Shown: positions 25,236 through 37,650, counted from the first letter of the stretch. The stretch is 64,000 bases of DNA from Raillietiella orientalis (GCA_036172245.1 JAYWIR010000010.1:3844001-3908000), one strand, 5' to 3'. A program made the numbers and translations. The notes: a model not told the origin generated them from the sequence alone.

Positions 25236-26300
25236 GTAAGCGGAATTAGAATGCAGGGTTGCCAGTCGATCGTGCGCCGTCTCCGAACGAATGGCAGTCG
25301 TGATCATGTTATGAGGACTTTGGATTTACCACCGGATCTCTATTTGAAAAAGACGCCTCTACTACTTACGAGGCGAAGCAATCGTCCTTCAGCACGGAGA
25401 ATATTCCTTGCCGTATTTCAATATCAGTTAGTTATTCCCAGCAGACAAATGCAAAGTAACGATCCTCGATTCTTAGAGAACAAGATAACCAAATGAACTG
25501 ATAATGTTTTCCACATAGGGAGGCTCTATGGTACGAAAGTAGCAGCCGATTTTATTGTATTTGCATATTATTTTTTTTTTTCTATATCAGCCGTGTGATA
25601 AGAAGAGAACCATGTTATATGATGCAAATATCGAAATGCCCATTCTTCCCGGCGCGGACAATCTATCAAGTTGTTCCATTTCGGAGAGCAACCAAGCGAT
25701 TTGTTTCCATCTCCATTTCAATAAAGTTCGACATCATAGAGGAAAGAGCATTTTTCAAAAACCGATCCCTGTTGATGCTAACTTCCTTAGTATGGATAAT
25801 GGGAAAATTATCGGAGTGAAAATTTCTCATTAAGTGGCGCCTGCTTCCTTTCTTTTTCATCCAAATTGGAAATCCCTCCCTCCTCTCCCAAAGTAATGAG
25901 TACAGCATTTAGACCAGCGTATTTTTTCCTTTTATTATCACAGTAAAATTTGAAGTGCTGCTCTTTGGCTATTTAATTAATCTTGGGGTTTCCATCTGCT
26001 AAACGAGGACAAGCAGTTTTGAGTTTTTCCTGTTGGAACGTCTGCGTTACTGTAAGTGGTAAGAAGAAGAAGAAGAAGAGGAAGAGGAAAAAAAAGCGGA
26101 AAAACGAAACAAAACAGAAGTTTTTCCAATCTCCAAAAGAAGCTTTGAGTCATGTTTTTCTGCGTGGACGTGATTAGATTCATCAGAACGTATTCTTTGA
26201 ATTCATAAAAGACTTGGAGCTGAAGCTGGCTCGAGTAAATTATTCCAAGATGAAAAACATCTGACATTGATCTGAGAATACGCCCTTTTGAACTGTTTAG

Positions 26301-26335
26301 GAGAATTCGTCCGTCTCGGGAAATACAAACAAACG
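26301..26335 (+). CDS. LMO: Probable coding micro-exon 2 of the LMO gene (ENSSVSGNTNK+CG)
   Basis: CTGAC branch-like site at ~26261, acceptor TTTAG|G, donor ACG|GTAAC. Enters in phase 0 and exits in phase 2, which is the phase required by the LIM1 exon. Confidence 0.5.
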
Positions 26336-27477
26336 GTAACTGGCAAAATAAAGCGATGATTTATCACGTTGTAGAAATAAGATTCATTATACGATGCATT
26401 CCTATCTTGTTCTTTGTCAGCATCATTGCTATTTTACACCCCGGTCATCACGCTCCCAACGAATTTTCCTAACAAAAGATATTGCATCGGTAGGGCTCGA
26501 CTGCTTACTGCATAAAAAAGAAAAAAAAAAAGGGATTGTGTGAAATAAAAGGAGTGGATTTCGGTGTTCCGTATCCTCTTGCTGGTTTACATTTGTCTTA
26601 TTTTAATGGCTGTTTACCATTCCGAAAAATATCCTTCTTTCATTATCTATGGTTCCAGAGGATTATCTTTACACTGATCAGCAGCACAGCTGCGAAGGAT
26701 ATCAGCTCCATGTTTTTAATCAACTTTTACCTTAATCCAATACAGCATCGCTATCTCATAATGTGCTTCAGAGTAATTTACATCTCCCTTTTATATTTAG
26801 TTCATCTTGATACTCGGGAGCATTTTTCATTATCGAGGAAATGGATGGATTTTTGTGTTATTAGTGAAGGTTTGCGTTTCTCAAAATGGAAGACAGATGT
26901 TTAATCCGCTGTGCAGTCCGAAGGAAAAGAATCTGAAGAGTAATTCGGAGAAGTCACACCTTGGAATGTTTCTTAATTTTCGTGCAAATTTAGGGAAATT
27001 CATTTCGCACGAGGAAACGACCTTCCGCGCAAAAGTGAACACGAGAAGTAGTTGATGTCATTCTTTATGCTCTGTTGTGATAAATGATTGAAAATCCAGT
27101 ACCAGTTTTATTAGTTGCCTCAAAATTTTACTCTTAAGGTACCTAAGAGAACGATAAATTTCCTTCTCGATGAATTATGGGCTCCTTTAATTGTGTTTTC
27201 ACTTAAGCTGCTTCATTAGTTGGTGACTGCTACCCTACGATATATATATATATATATTTGCAAAGGATTTATCTTTGTCGTTAATTATTATAATATACTG
27301 CATCCTTCGTTGTCGGTAAAAACATCGGTAATCCCGCAATTTTCTTTCTCCTCCCTCCCCCCTCCTCCCGGTGGAACAACGTGTTCGTTCTTTGCATATT
27401 TCGGTAGATATTTCTGCCAGATATACCACAAACGAATGAGTTGGTTTTTAAGTGGGCGTGGAAGTGTCATCAATGCT

Positions 27478-27507
<30 letters not shown>
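27478..27507. repeat. (AGC)n microsatellite
   Basis: Directly visible. Confidence 0.95.
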
Positions 27508-27509
<2 letters not shown>

Positions 27510-28464
27510 GGTAGCTTAATTCCATTCTCGTTTCCGTGAAAGGGAACACTCGGCAAAGTGTCGTGCTGGACACGAAATAAAATATCTTCAGCCGGCAGTC
27601 GTCCCGTGGGTTTCCGTTCCCTCCAGGGTTTTCGTGTGTCCTGTGGCCTCTTTGCTTCTTCAAAAGAGACGTCCCGAGGTGAACGCACATCCTCGCCGTA
27701 AAGCTCGGAACGAGAAACGCGATCTTCCGACCTCTGCTCTTCGTGAATAGCGCAGAGCGCGCTATCAGAATTCCTTCAGAAGATTGTTATCCCATTGCTG
27801 GATTTTTCAGACAAACAAAAGGCAGGTGCTGGGCCCATTGATCAATTTGATGGGGGAGAGGGGGGGGGGGAGAGAGAGAAGTTGATGAAAACGCGGAGGG
27901 AAATCTTGACTCTTCGTCTTGCGAAGCACCAATGATATTTCCTGTAGCATTTCCAGGAACAAAGGAAGGACAAAGTAAAGTTGCTTCAGGTGACATCCCA
28001 GCTCGGAACACCTGGAAAGCACCATCAGTGGCTCCCATCGCCACGCAGTGAAAAGAAGCTTCAGGCCGAGGATTCTGCAAGTGGTCCGTAAACCGTGTCC
28101 GCTTGAAGTGCAGCGTTAGGTGGAACAGTTCACGTGACCTATTGCTTTTCCTCCTGCAAAAATTCTGGAGGCCCCCTGGGTACAAGAAATTGCTTTCTGG
28201 GTTCTCGATTTCCCGATGAATCGGTTAGGGAGTTCAGGAAAGCATCCGTGTGGGAGGACACGAAAAAGTCATCCGGATGTACTGAAGTGATCCTGGAATT
28301 TCGCATACGCATCGCAGTTCACCGAACTGAAAATCACGCTTTTTCTGGATCGCGGGGTCGGTTCCTGCTTCCCGTTTCTGCGTTCGATCAGCTGACCCAG
28401 TCGCTTGACCGAAGCGCGACATGTTCCATGGAAATCGATAAAATGTAATTGGATTGCACGATCA

Positions 28465-28495
<31 letters not shown>

Positions 28496-30562
28496 TCCGA
28501 TAAGGGGGGACCTGGATTTATGATGTTTTCCTTTCTCAGAGCCGTCTCGGACGTTTCGATGGGTCGATACTCGGTACGGTTATAAAGGTGCGATTCCCTG
28601 TACTGCTTTTCAAACAAGACAAAGGGGCTTTCCTGAAAATAAAAGCACCTTCTTCATTGGATTGCTCCTCGCACGCCCAAGTCGCCGAATCCCTCCCCTA
28701 TTTCCCTCCCCCCCGCACCCCTTACTCGTACAATATAGCATTCAGTCTCGTTGTGCGGTTTCGCATTGGCTCATCAAAACGAAAGACAAAAAATAAAAAA
28801 AATAAAACGAGACAAACGTACTTTCAGATAAACGTAAAAGGAAGAGTGTGTGGTTGCTGAAACTGACTCCATCCTTCATCCCAGGGAAGATATTTGCTCG
28901 GCACCGCGGTAACCATACTGTGCAGGTCATCTTTCAAAGGCCTTCGTTTCGGTGACGTGACGTCTGCTGCTTCTTTTTTCTATCCTTTGCCGTGCCACAC
29001 TCCAGCATTCTACGTCTCAGAACTGCATTTAAAGCGTAATCTCGGCGCGAAAATTCCTCATAGTGCTTTCCTTTGCTGCTGCTCACGTGTGATTTATTTT
29101 TCTGAAGTTTCTGAGCATCGGATCTCAAATGAAAACTGATGTGCTTGTAAATTCTCGAGATTGGCGAAATCTATCTTGAGGACCGTTTTCGAAAAAGAAA
29201 AAAAAAAAAAAAGAAGAAGCTCACAGTGTAACTTTCGTATTTAACGCCCAATAAGTAAAGTACGATAATAAATTTCTAAAGTCACATTTGTATTTTTCGT
29301 GCATACTTTGAAGATGGGAGAGGGGAGGCTGGGGTGGGGGGGAGGGAAATCTTCTTCGTCACTGCTCGCGATGTGTATTTTCCGAAGGAGATTTCTGGGA
29401 AACAGAAAGGGTATTTCCGGACAGTTTATGTGTAATGTGTACTGTTGCTAATGTTTTCCTGAAGTCCAAGAAAGAACTGTTTTTTGATATGTGTGTTTTT
29501 TTTTCTTTACAGTTTGGCTGGGGCAATTCTGGAGTATCATGAAAGATGTAAAGTACGTATAGTTCCAAAAATTTTTCTATTATTATTACCAAGTAGTGGA
29601 GTTCACGGGATTCTTGTTGTGTGTGTCAGAAAAGGATCGTGCATGAGTGTTGCCTGCAGTTGATGGAAAAATCGAGGAAGTAATTATGTGATAATTTCAT
29701 TACGTGATAATTTATGCCCTGATATAATTTTTTTCCCAAAAGATGCGTACCGTGCGCATGATCGAAACGAAGCATATAATAAAATCTCGTAAAAGCTGAA
29801 ATATGAATTCGATTGTTTTTTTTTTTTTGTTTTGAAGTTTGCGGTTGTATTTGTAAAAACCATCTGTAGAGTGACTCCCACGCAGACTGGAAGCACGCGT
29901 TTGCACGCTGTTTCAGCGCTTCCTCGGATCTTCAGCCGACTGAAGCGAATATGGCGGTCGGGGTATCCAAAGCAACGCCGATAGCTCGGGTTCTGTGCCA
30001 CCTTTCTGCTTTCCCGGTTGCTCTTCCGTTCTTCCTCCTTCACGAAGTGAAATGACGACGAAAGAGGTGCCCAGGGCGTATTTCAAGAAGCTCCTAAGAT
30101 GTGATGGAGCACCACATGTCCTTTCCTAAGAACGTGTACGTGAATGAAATTCCGTGTCGCACACCACTCGAGAGCCTCTCTTCCTCTGAGGTTTTCCCTT
30201 CGTGGTACATGGAGCTAACTGGTTTCAGATGTTTCTCGTCGGCACAATGAAAGCCAGCAATTCGGTTCCTTCATTAGTAAATAGACGTGGAAGTATCGTG
30301 TAGATACGGAAAAGGAATCTGCGTAGGAGAAAGATCTGACGTAATTAGGAACCCGATCCCTAATTTGGCCATTAGCACCATGCGGCGTGTGTACGCTGTT
30401 TTTTGCTTTTGGGTGTGTGAAGCGTTCACTGTACGTGTGGTATGAACGCAGCCGTATATCTGCAGGAACATCCTCAGATAAATTTTCGTTTCCGCCCATG
30501 CAAAATGTCAGCACCCCGAGTATCCCAATCATTTAGCCAATAAAGTTGCAAAATGTTGTAAT

Positions 30563-30565
<3 letters not shown>

Positions 30566-30616
<51 letters not shown>
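30566..30616. repeat. Compound (CA)n(TA)n microsatellite
   Basis: Directly visible. Confidence 0.95.
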
Positions 30617-32069
30617 TTGATTCCGGATCGCATTAAAAAAAAAGGATTCGTCCGATTCGTACTGTGCAAAAGCTCCCACCGGCACTCACGGATGCTGCGT
30701 CTCGTGTTTTTCCCAGCTCAGAAATGACAGCAATGCCCCCGGAACTGCTTTGCCTCCATTCCTTTTTACATCAGCCTTCCTTCTCCGAAATCATTTATTA
30801 GTATAACTCGTAGTGCATTCGTGCATTAAGCAAATATCCATTACAGATACAGGAAAGTATTCACGCTAACGTGTAGGTTTGCCTTTGGTGTATGCATGTT
30901 TATTGCTCGGAGATTTCGCGGAGGAAGAAGAAAGCTTTTAAAGTTTACGGCTCGTGAGGAGAGAAAGAAATTGCGTCACAAGGATGAAATCACAAATGAG
31001 ATAGATTTTATTTGGAGCCGCAAATAAAGAAAGTGCAGTCCGGGGGCAATAGCAAGGGAAGCATTACTGCCTAACACGAATTTATTCGCACAACTCATTT
31101 GGTTAAATACGTCGGCTCGGGTTCGGTGTACGGCCACAGCGTGGTCCAGGAACACCGAAGCCGAATGTTTGACGCTCCCTTTGAAATTTTCTGCCGCGTC
31201 CGTATTTATGAACGGTTTTCCCGTCGGGAAAAGGATCGCAGGAGAGATACTGCAAGACGAAAGGCGAGCGCGCAGATGCGATTGTAAAACGTGGACGCTT
31301 GGCATCCCTTACGTTCGCGCCAAGCCGTACAAAGTTCCCCCCAAACATATGACGATAAAAGCAGAGAACGTATCCGCGCCGGCGATTTGAGGCACTTATC
31401 GTTTTCCAAGAAAGCGGGTCCATGATTAGATTCGTGCTGGTGTGATGCAGGGAGGGGAGGGGGGGAGCACGCTAGATGGGGAGCAGGTATTTTTGATTTT
31501 CCGAACTCGTTCCTCCTGTTTTTGCGATCCTTATTTTCTGATTACTTCCCTTTCCGTCCCTTCATTATTTTATGCGTCCGACGTGTACGTGCTACCGTGT
31601 TTACGGACTCGGGGGTGCTTCTCGCAAGATGCGTGCAGATGTCACATAGGTGTTGAGGGTTGCGTTTGATCCGAGCTGGTTAGCATTCTCCTTTTTTCCA
31701 TCGGAAGCTATCACTCACACACTCAGACCGTGCCATAATTTCGCCTTTCGGAGCGACGGGGGGGCTCGGCTACAGGTCCGTGCCCCATTACAGTGGGCAC
31801 ACGAAATTTCTCACCGCGTTTCTGCCGGAGCAATCATGCCGAAGTCATAACACGGAATTCGAAAGCCGGAAGTTCCGGGACCTCGACTTTCTGAATTACT
31901 TCTGCTCGGAACGCGGAAATCGGGGATAATTTGTCGACGAATGATGCCTCGGCATCGCTTCTCGGCCTCCTGGCTGAGGTCAAAGTGTGTTTTAGCTGTG
32001 TGTGTGTTTTGTAATGTGCTGTACCCAATTTTGTATTCGTTGAGCTAATGTGTTGCTATTGTTACGAAG

Positions 32070-32309
32070 GCTACTTAGGAAAGAGAGGGCACCAGAGACT
32101 ACTAGAAAAGTGTTGCATTTACCTACTGCTCAAGCAACGTGTGCCGGATGTCGCAGACCCATACGGGAACGCTATTTATTGAAAGCTGTCGATTTGTTTT
32201 GGCACGAAGACTGCCTGAAGTGCAGTTGCTGCGACTGTCGGCTGGGCGAAGTAGGCAGTACTTGTTATACCAAAGCCAACCTGATCCTTTGCCGAAGAGA
32301 CTACCTTAG
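32070..32309 (+). CDS. LMO: LIM-domain-only protein (LMO1/LMO3/Beadex family), LIM1 exon
   Basis: CAGCRRPIRERYLLKAVDLFWHEDCLKCSCCDCRLGEVGSTCYTKANLILCRRDYLR is a classic LMO LIM1. CTAAT branch site at 32045. Acceptor AG at 32068-32069 or 32077-32078 (both phase 2). Donor AG|GTAATT at 32310. Confidence 0.95.
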
Positions 32310-32351
32310 GTAATTCTTGTTCCATAAAAAAGGCTCTTCTAAGCTGCGCAG

Positions 32352-32477
32352 GATGTTTGGCAGAACGGGTCAGTGCGCTGTCTGTCAGAAGATGATTCCT
32401 GCTTTCGAGATGGTCATGCGTGCCAAAAACAACGTGTATCACTTAGACTGCTTCGCTTGCCAGCAGTGCAACCATAG
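32352..32477 (+). CDS. LMO: LMO exon, N-terminal part of LIM2
   Basis: After a 42-bp GT-AG intron reads MFGRTGQCAVCQKMIPAFEMVMRAKNNVYHLDCFACQQCNHR, in frame with LIM1. Donor AG|GTAAAT at 32478. Confidence 0.96.
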   Translation, partial: DVWQNGSVRCLSEDDSCFRDGHACQKQRVSLRLLRLPAVQP

Positions 32478-32526
32478 GTAAATCAAAACCCGGTTTTGGA
32501 ACCTCACTGCATCTGTCTCGTTGCAG

Positions 32527-32710
32527 ATTCTGTGTAGGAGATCGATTTTACCTGATGGACAATCGTATACTGTGCGAAGTGGATCACGAAGAGCAGCAAA
32601 TCAAACGCAGTGGCCCCCCTCACACGTTCAAATCTGGATCGGGAGATAAAAGTGACGATGGTTCCAGTGGGTACGGAAGCCCGGATTCCGTAACTCTGGA
32701 TGCTGCTTGA
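32527..32710 (+). CDS. LMO: LMO final coding exon (end of LIM2 and C-terminal tail)
   Basis: After a 49-bp intron (TTGCAG acceptor) reads FCVGDRFYLMDNRILCEVDHEEQQIKRSGPPHTFKSGSGDKSDDGSSGYGSPDSVTLDAA* with TGA at 32708-32710. Confidence 0.93.
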
Positions 32711-32925
32711 TTCCGGAGCGGCGTTTCCTTGTTACTGTTTCCTGCCCTTTTGTCCAGCGTTCGACGAAACGGGAGAATGTGTTTTCGGGATACGTCGGTC
32801 CAGACGACAGGAAAATGTAGGGTGGTATTTCCCACTTGACCGTACGCTTACTTGAGAGTTCTGATAACTGATGTACATTATGCACGGAACGCCTCAGGGT
32901 TTAGATTTTTCTACTGAGAGTGCAT

Positions 32926-32931
32926 AATAAA
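32926..32931 (+). terminator. Probable polyadenylation signal (AATAAA) of LMO
   Basis: First AATAAA after the stop, about 215 nt downstream, followed by a short GT-rich element (GAGTGTTTG). Confidence 0.6.
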
Positions 32932-33929
32932 AGTTGAATTTCGAGTGTTTGCTCAATTCGGGGGGGAAGGGGGGGAAAGCTCGGTGGCAGTTAATGAAAC
33001 ATGATTCCTGAAGAATCCAGGGAGATTTTCCTCAAAGTAACGAATAAATCTCGATCTGCCGTCTTTCTGAATAAAACAAGGAAATCGTCATAAATCGTTG
33101 TCGAAACTCACGCTCTTCAAAGATGACGATTAAGTTTCCAGCCCAAAGCCATTTATTATCGTTGTCTGCAGTGGCAGGGATTCGCGTCATTAGTCGAGTC
33201 GCTTCGTGAGGATGAGATGATTGTAACCCGGCAACCGTAAAACAATGTTTTCTTTCGGGCGACCGGTGCAGCAGCGTTAAGGGAATCTCTCTCCGGTGTT
33301 TTACTACCACCGGGCCATCGGCAGATGGCTGCTGCGCGCGCCGCTGCTGCGAGCGACTGCTCGCCGTTTTTCGATTAAGAAAGCGATGATCGCTTTACTG
33401 TGCAGCTTACGTTTCACGGCGGAACCAATCGCAGTGTTATCTGTCATCGAAGCGAGTAATGCTTCGTACTTAAGCGTAAGAAGGGACGGGAGCAAAAACG
33501 GGAGCGGATTTTACGAAACCGAAAATCGGGAATTCCATAACCATTCTTAGCATCCGGCATTCTTAATGTGATCTGGAAGCGCGCTCTCGCTCCACACGGA
33601 GGCGAAAGAATTCGAAGGAGGGAAAACCGTGGAATCTCCAAATGCGTTCTGCAGCAGTTCTTAAGCACGAAAACAAAAGGATGGAGGGGGGTAGAAGCAC
33701 CAGAGGTACAGGAGAAGAAAAAAAAAGAAGAAGACCGCATGCATGTGAGCACACGGCGGGAATACTGGGAAAAAAAAAGAAAAAAAGAAAAAAAAAAAGG
33801 AGAGAGTCGTATCTGATTCCTGGAGAGGTGACGTTAGAGAAAAGAAAAACGCCCTCTTTTCGATAGTTGCCTCCATTTGTCTTTGGGACGCCCTTAGCAA
33901 GATGCGATCGCAATAGACGCCCGGCTTCG

Positions 33930-34720
33930 GAGACTTACCACTTGCATGTGCTCCAGTGGCTAATAAGTGATGAAGGTCGTCTTGGATTGATCTGTTTTGG
34001 GGACGAGGTGGAAATGGGGCAGTGGGCTTGTTGCTCCTTGTTCCCCAAGGGAACGGCGCGTCGAGACGCTCACTTGCACTCATTTGCTGATGCCTCCGCA
34101 CTGATTGTTGCTATGTAATCTGACACCTTCGATCAGCCTGCCTCCTCGGAGGGAAGAACGAGATGAGTGGACTTCTGTGGAACCCCATCTTTCTGAGATT
34201 TCATCTGTCCCTCGTTTCCCAGGTGGCGGGCTCGCCACGAAGTGAGTTCCATCCGATATCCCTCTGATGAAACGTAGGAGAACTGGATACGTGAGGCTGT
34301 GGTGCACCATAGGTCCTCAAGTAGCAGCAGGCAGGTTCACAAAAGGCATTAGGAAAGCATCCACCAGCTGCAGAGAGCTCTGGGGGGGCAGCTAACCATG
34401 CTGTCAAAGAGCCGCTGGTGCTCAGGAAACTAGGACGCCAGATCTCATGGGAGAGCCCTGGAAGAAAAGAGGCGAACTGCCCAATTCGGTATTTCACACG
34501 AGGAAGAACACATGTCTCCCGCAGCCTCTTTGGATAAGAGGAGGAAGGTCACTTGGGTGGGTGCAAGCAAGGAGAGCAGAAGAGTTTGTCGCTTGAAAAC
34601 GAAACAAACGTGCGCGTCGAGGAAGCCGAGGGAAGCTCGAGGAATTCAGGAATGGACGCAAAGTAGGGAAACTGACTTCACGTATCTTCACGTTGACCAT
34701 TGCATTAGGACGGAAAGTCG
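33930..34720 (-). mobile_element. Decayed Ty3/Gypsy pol fragment (RT end, connection, RNase H)
   Basis: Ordered remnants: REVSF, RHVFFL, IGQFASFLPGLSHE (Y..FIPNLS-like), LTYPVLLRF (L..PVL..F), THFVAS (TDAS-like), SSRSSL...LIEG (SR.L...IE.E-like). Confidence 0.45.
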
Positions 34721-35248
34721 ACCTCATCCCAGAAGGAAAAAGGAAAGAGGAAGGGTCTTTCCTCTTGCAGTGAATCCGTTTCCATCAAAGGCTTCTCTTG
34801 AGGACATCGTGAAGACAAGAATATTTTCTATATCCGCCCAAATGTCCCTGATGGTAAACCAAAACAGGCGATCGTGTCGTCGCCCGACACGGGTCCGACG
34901 CGGAGGAGAGGGAAACCGAAAAAGCGCGCGGTGTCGCAGAGTTGCAGGCGGAGGTGCGAGAAGAAACCAATTCTCGCCTGCACTTTTCCTTTCCTTTTGG
35001 GCTCGGAAAGCCACAGCGGCTTTCTTGCCGTGCGGATGCGCCGCAGGACGGGAGGAACTACCGGCTGCTTTGTTTCTGCGCGTCGAGTCCCGCATTCGGA
35101 AGCACTGGGGGGGAAGGAGGGGGAGGGGGGAAGCCCTTCCTCCGTCCGCGGAGACGACAGTAAATGGCAGCACTGTGTCAGCCTAACGACACTTATTCCT
35201 TCGCAGGCAATTGCCTCCCAGTAGGAAGAGAGAGAGACTTCGGAGGGG

Positions 35249-35283
<35 letters not shown>

Positions 35284-36699
35284 CCCACGGTGGATGCTCA
35301 AATGCTCACGGAATGGCCGGAGTTCGGCTCTTTCCCTATTCCGAAATCTTGGGGAAAGTGCACAAAAGAGGATATAAATAATGGGAAGGCGTTTGAACGT
35401 GGGCTTTCGACTCCAGCGCCTCCCCGGGGACCGGCCGGCAGGCGGGTGGGAGAACGGCAAAAGTTCCTTCGCCAATCTCGGCAGCCCTGCAAAACGTGGC
35501 ACGTGCCCGTGGCTGGGGTGAGGCGCGTCTTCCGAACCAGCTGGCGTCTTCAGCAGTCAGGTTCCTTCCGAGTCTGCTCGGATGGAAGGGGAGCGGCGGG
35601 ATGGCACTTCCTCGGGGCGTATCCACCTGCCACTCGCCACGAAGGCGGGCAGCCGTTAGTGCGACTCACCTCCCTGCCCGCGGTCGAGCCTCTAAGCGGA
35701 GGTCGCGCCGTCTTATGCTCCAAGAGGATCTCGAACAAGATCAGCTTCCGCTGGATATCCTGACCTCCTAGATGTTTTGGGAGGTAGCGGCCACACGCTT
35801 TGGATCTCCACAGCGGAACCTCGGAAGCGCCCCCGGAAGACAAAGGAGAGAGCTGTGCAGTGGGTGATGGCGCCGCTCTAAGGGCGTGGGGTACTCAGAA
35901 CGGCAGGCGTCCCCCTCGTCCCCCCCCCCCCTCCACCTCTTTCTGAGGGTTCGCGCTCTCCCTTACTGCTTCTTTGCCTTCCGTGACCCTGCTTTTCTCC
36001 GTCTCGGGGTGTTCCGTGCTGGTGCCATGGAAATCCGTGCGAGGTGGTGGTCTGGGAAGGCACGCTCCCTGGATACGGAGTTTCCCATGCAAAGGCACGT
36101 GCCCGACGGTGGGCCGTCGCGCGCCTGCGCCGCTGCTGCCATGCGAGCGGGACGGAGAGGACTACGGAGGAGGCTCCGAAATGCTTTCTCGGCTCGCAGA
36201 CGGGATGCTCCCCTCCTTTTCATCCCGTCTCCCCGGCAACGAGAATGTTCACGGACTGCCGACGGAAGAGCGCGTGCACCTCGGTCTGTCTGGAGGGAAG
36301 CAGGCTGCATGCTCCAAGACAAGCGCGACGAATTCCCGAAACAATGCACGGGACCCCAAAGGGGGCTGCTCCTCCCTCCAAGCGAGACCAAAGCCATTGT
36401 TCGACCCGCAAGACGGCCGCTGTCGTTTCCCGAAGAATGTGGTTGCCATGGTCCCGCCGAATAGGGCGAGAAAGAATGAGAATGAAAAATAAAGAATCTG
36501 ATGCTCATCGAGTTTAGAGAGGTCAAGGTCCAGCTTCCGTATCCGCGTGCGACGGGAAGGTGGGAGGGGGGAGGGGAGGAAACGGTTCTGATGCGGACGG
36601 TGGGCATGGCGTCCGCTCCGCTTTCCCGGAAACTTCTGCCGAGTGGCGTGGGTGGCGGTCATGCGCAGAAGCGGCCGGTGGTAGGCCGGGAGAGCAGCG

Positions 36700-37650
36700 G
36701 CATTTCTTCCTTTTTCTCTTGGCAGCGTCTGGGGGAGACGTCGGTGGCCCCCCAACTGCCACCCCTCCTCTACCATCCCGGAGACTTGCGGCGCCTGCGG
36801 CGCCTGCGGCTACCAGCATCTTACGGCTGCTTTTCCCCTTCTCCCCTCGAACGCTCTCCTAAAACGCCCTTCCTCGGCCGGAGCTGCACATTTGAGCTCG
36901 GAAACCGCTCGAAGAGTCCCACGAATTCCCTAGAGGGGATCGGCAAGCACTTCCATGTTCCTCTGGGGATGAGAATCCGACCCTTCATTCGGTTCCTTAA
37001 CTCTTGGAGAGTGCTGGACTGGCTGAAGGTTCTCTCGCGCGCACTCTCAGTCTGAGGAGGAACCATAAAAACGGGGGAAGGTGCCTCCGTTTCTGCTGGC
37101 TCTGGAAGCACGAGGTGGGTCTCTCTTTCCGTGCAGTTCCATCCCCTAGCCAGAGTGTGACCTCGGTTCGGTTCGTCGGTGGAGGATGAGGAGGTTGTTG
37201 CTGAGGAGCCGCTACCGCCACCTATGATCCCTCCTAGAAGGGGCCACCGTGGAAGGCGTGCGAGAGAGCTCTGTTTTTGCCGATGACTGTCGGTTTTCCT
37301 TCTCCTCTAGATGACCTACCCGCACTGTTGCTTGTTCAGTACCTGACCTCCCCTCCCACCCGGGTTCATCCGCAGCAGCAGCACGCAGCGAGCATCTTCC
37401 CGACCGTTCTTTCATTGATCCTTGCTCCAAGGATCCGCCGCCCCCTCATCTGAGGTGAGAACGGCTTTTCCTCCAGCTGCTCACAGCCGCCACCACTTGA
37501 TTCACGAGGACGCGACGCGCGTACCACGTGTCGCGGCTGTGCATCCGGAGCATTCTCTTGCTCAGGGAAACACGGGGATGCCTGCCAATCCCCCCCCCCC
37601 CCCAGGACATGGAGGAACGACGACTCCTTCTTCCCATCCTCTCCCCCAGT
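36700..37650 (+). mobile_element. LINE ORF1 (gag-knuckle) fragment I
   Basis: HLPDRSFIDPCSKDPPPPHL followed by knuckle remnants SSCSQP and TTCRGCASG. 37365-37465 is an inverted homologue of 38322-38420. CTTTTCCCCTTCT is shared with ~38740. Confidence 0.5.

Noticed and set aside
25880..25962. miR-2/miR-13-like sequence TATCACAGTAAAATTTGAAGTGC
   Set aside because: The seed and some 3' bases match, but the upstream arm cannot pair with the seed half, so there is no proper pre-miRNA hairpin.
32711..32931. miR-9 site in the LMO 3' UTR, as known for Drosophila dLMO
   Set aside because: No ACCAAAG seed match in the predicted UTR; the only nearby match is in coding sequence (~32269).
33000..33040. 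Candidate 3' LTR of the Gypsy relic (AAGAATCCAGG shared with ~44613)
   Set aside because: Only an 11-nt match with no extended similarity.
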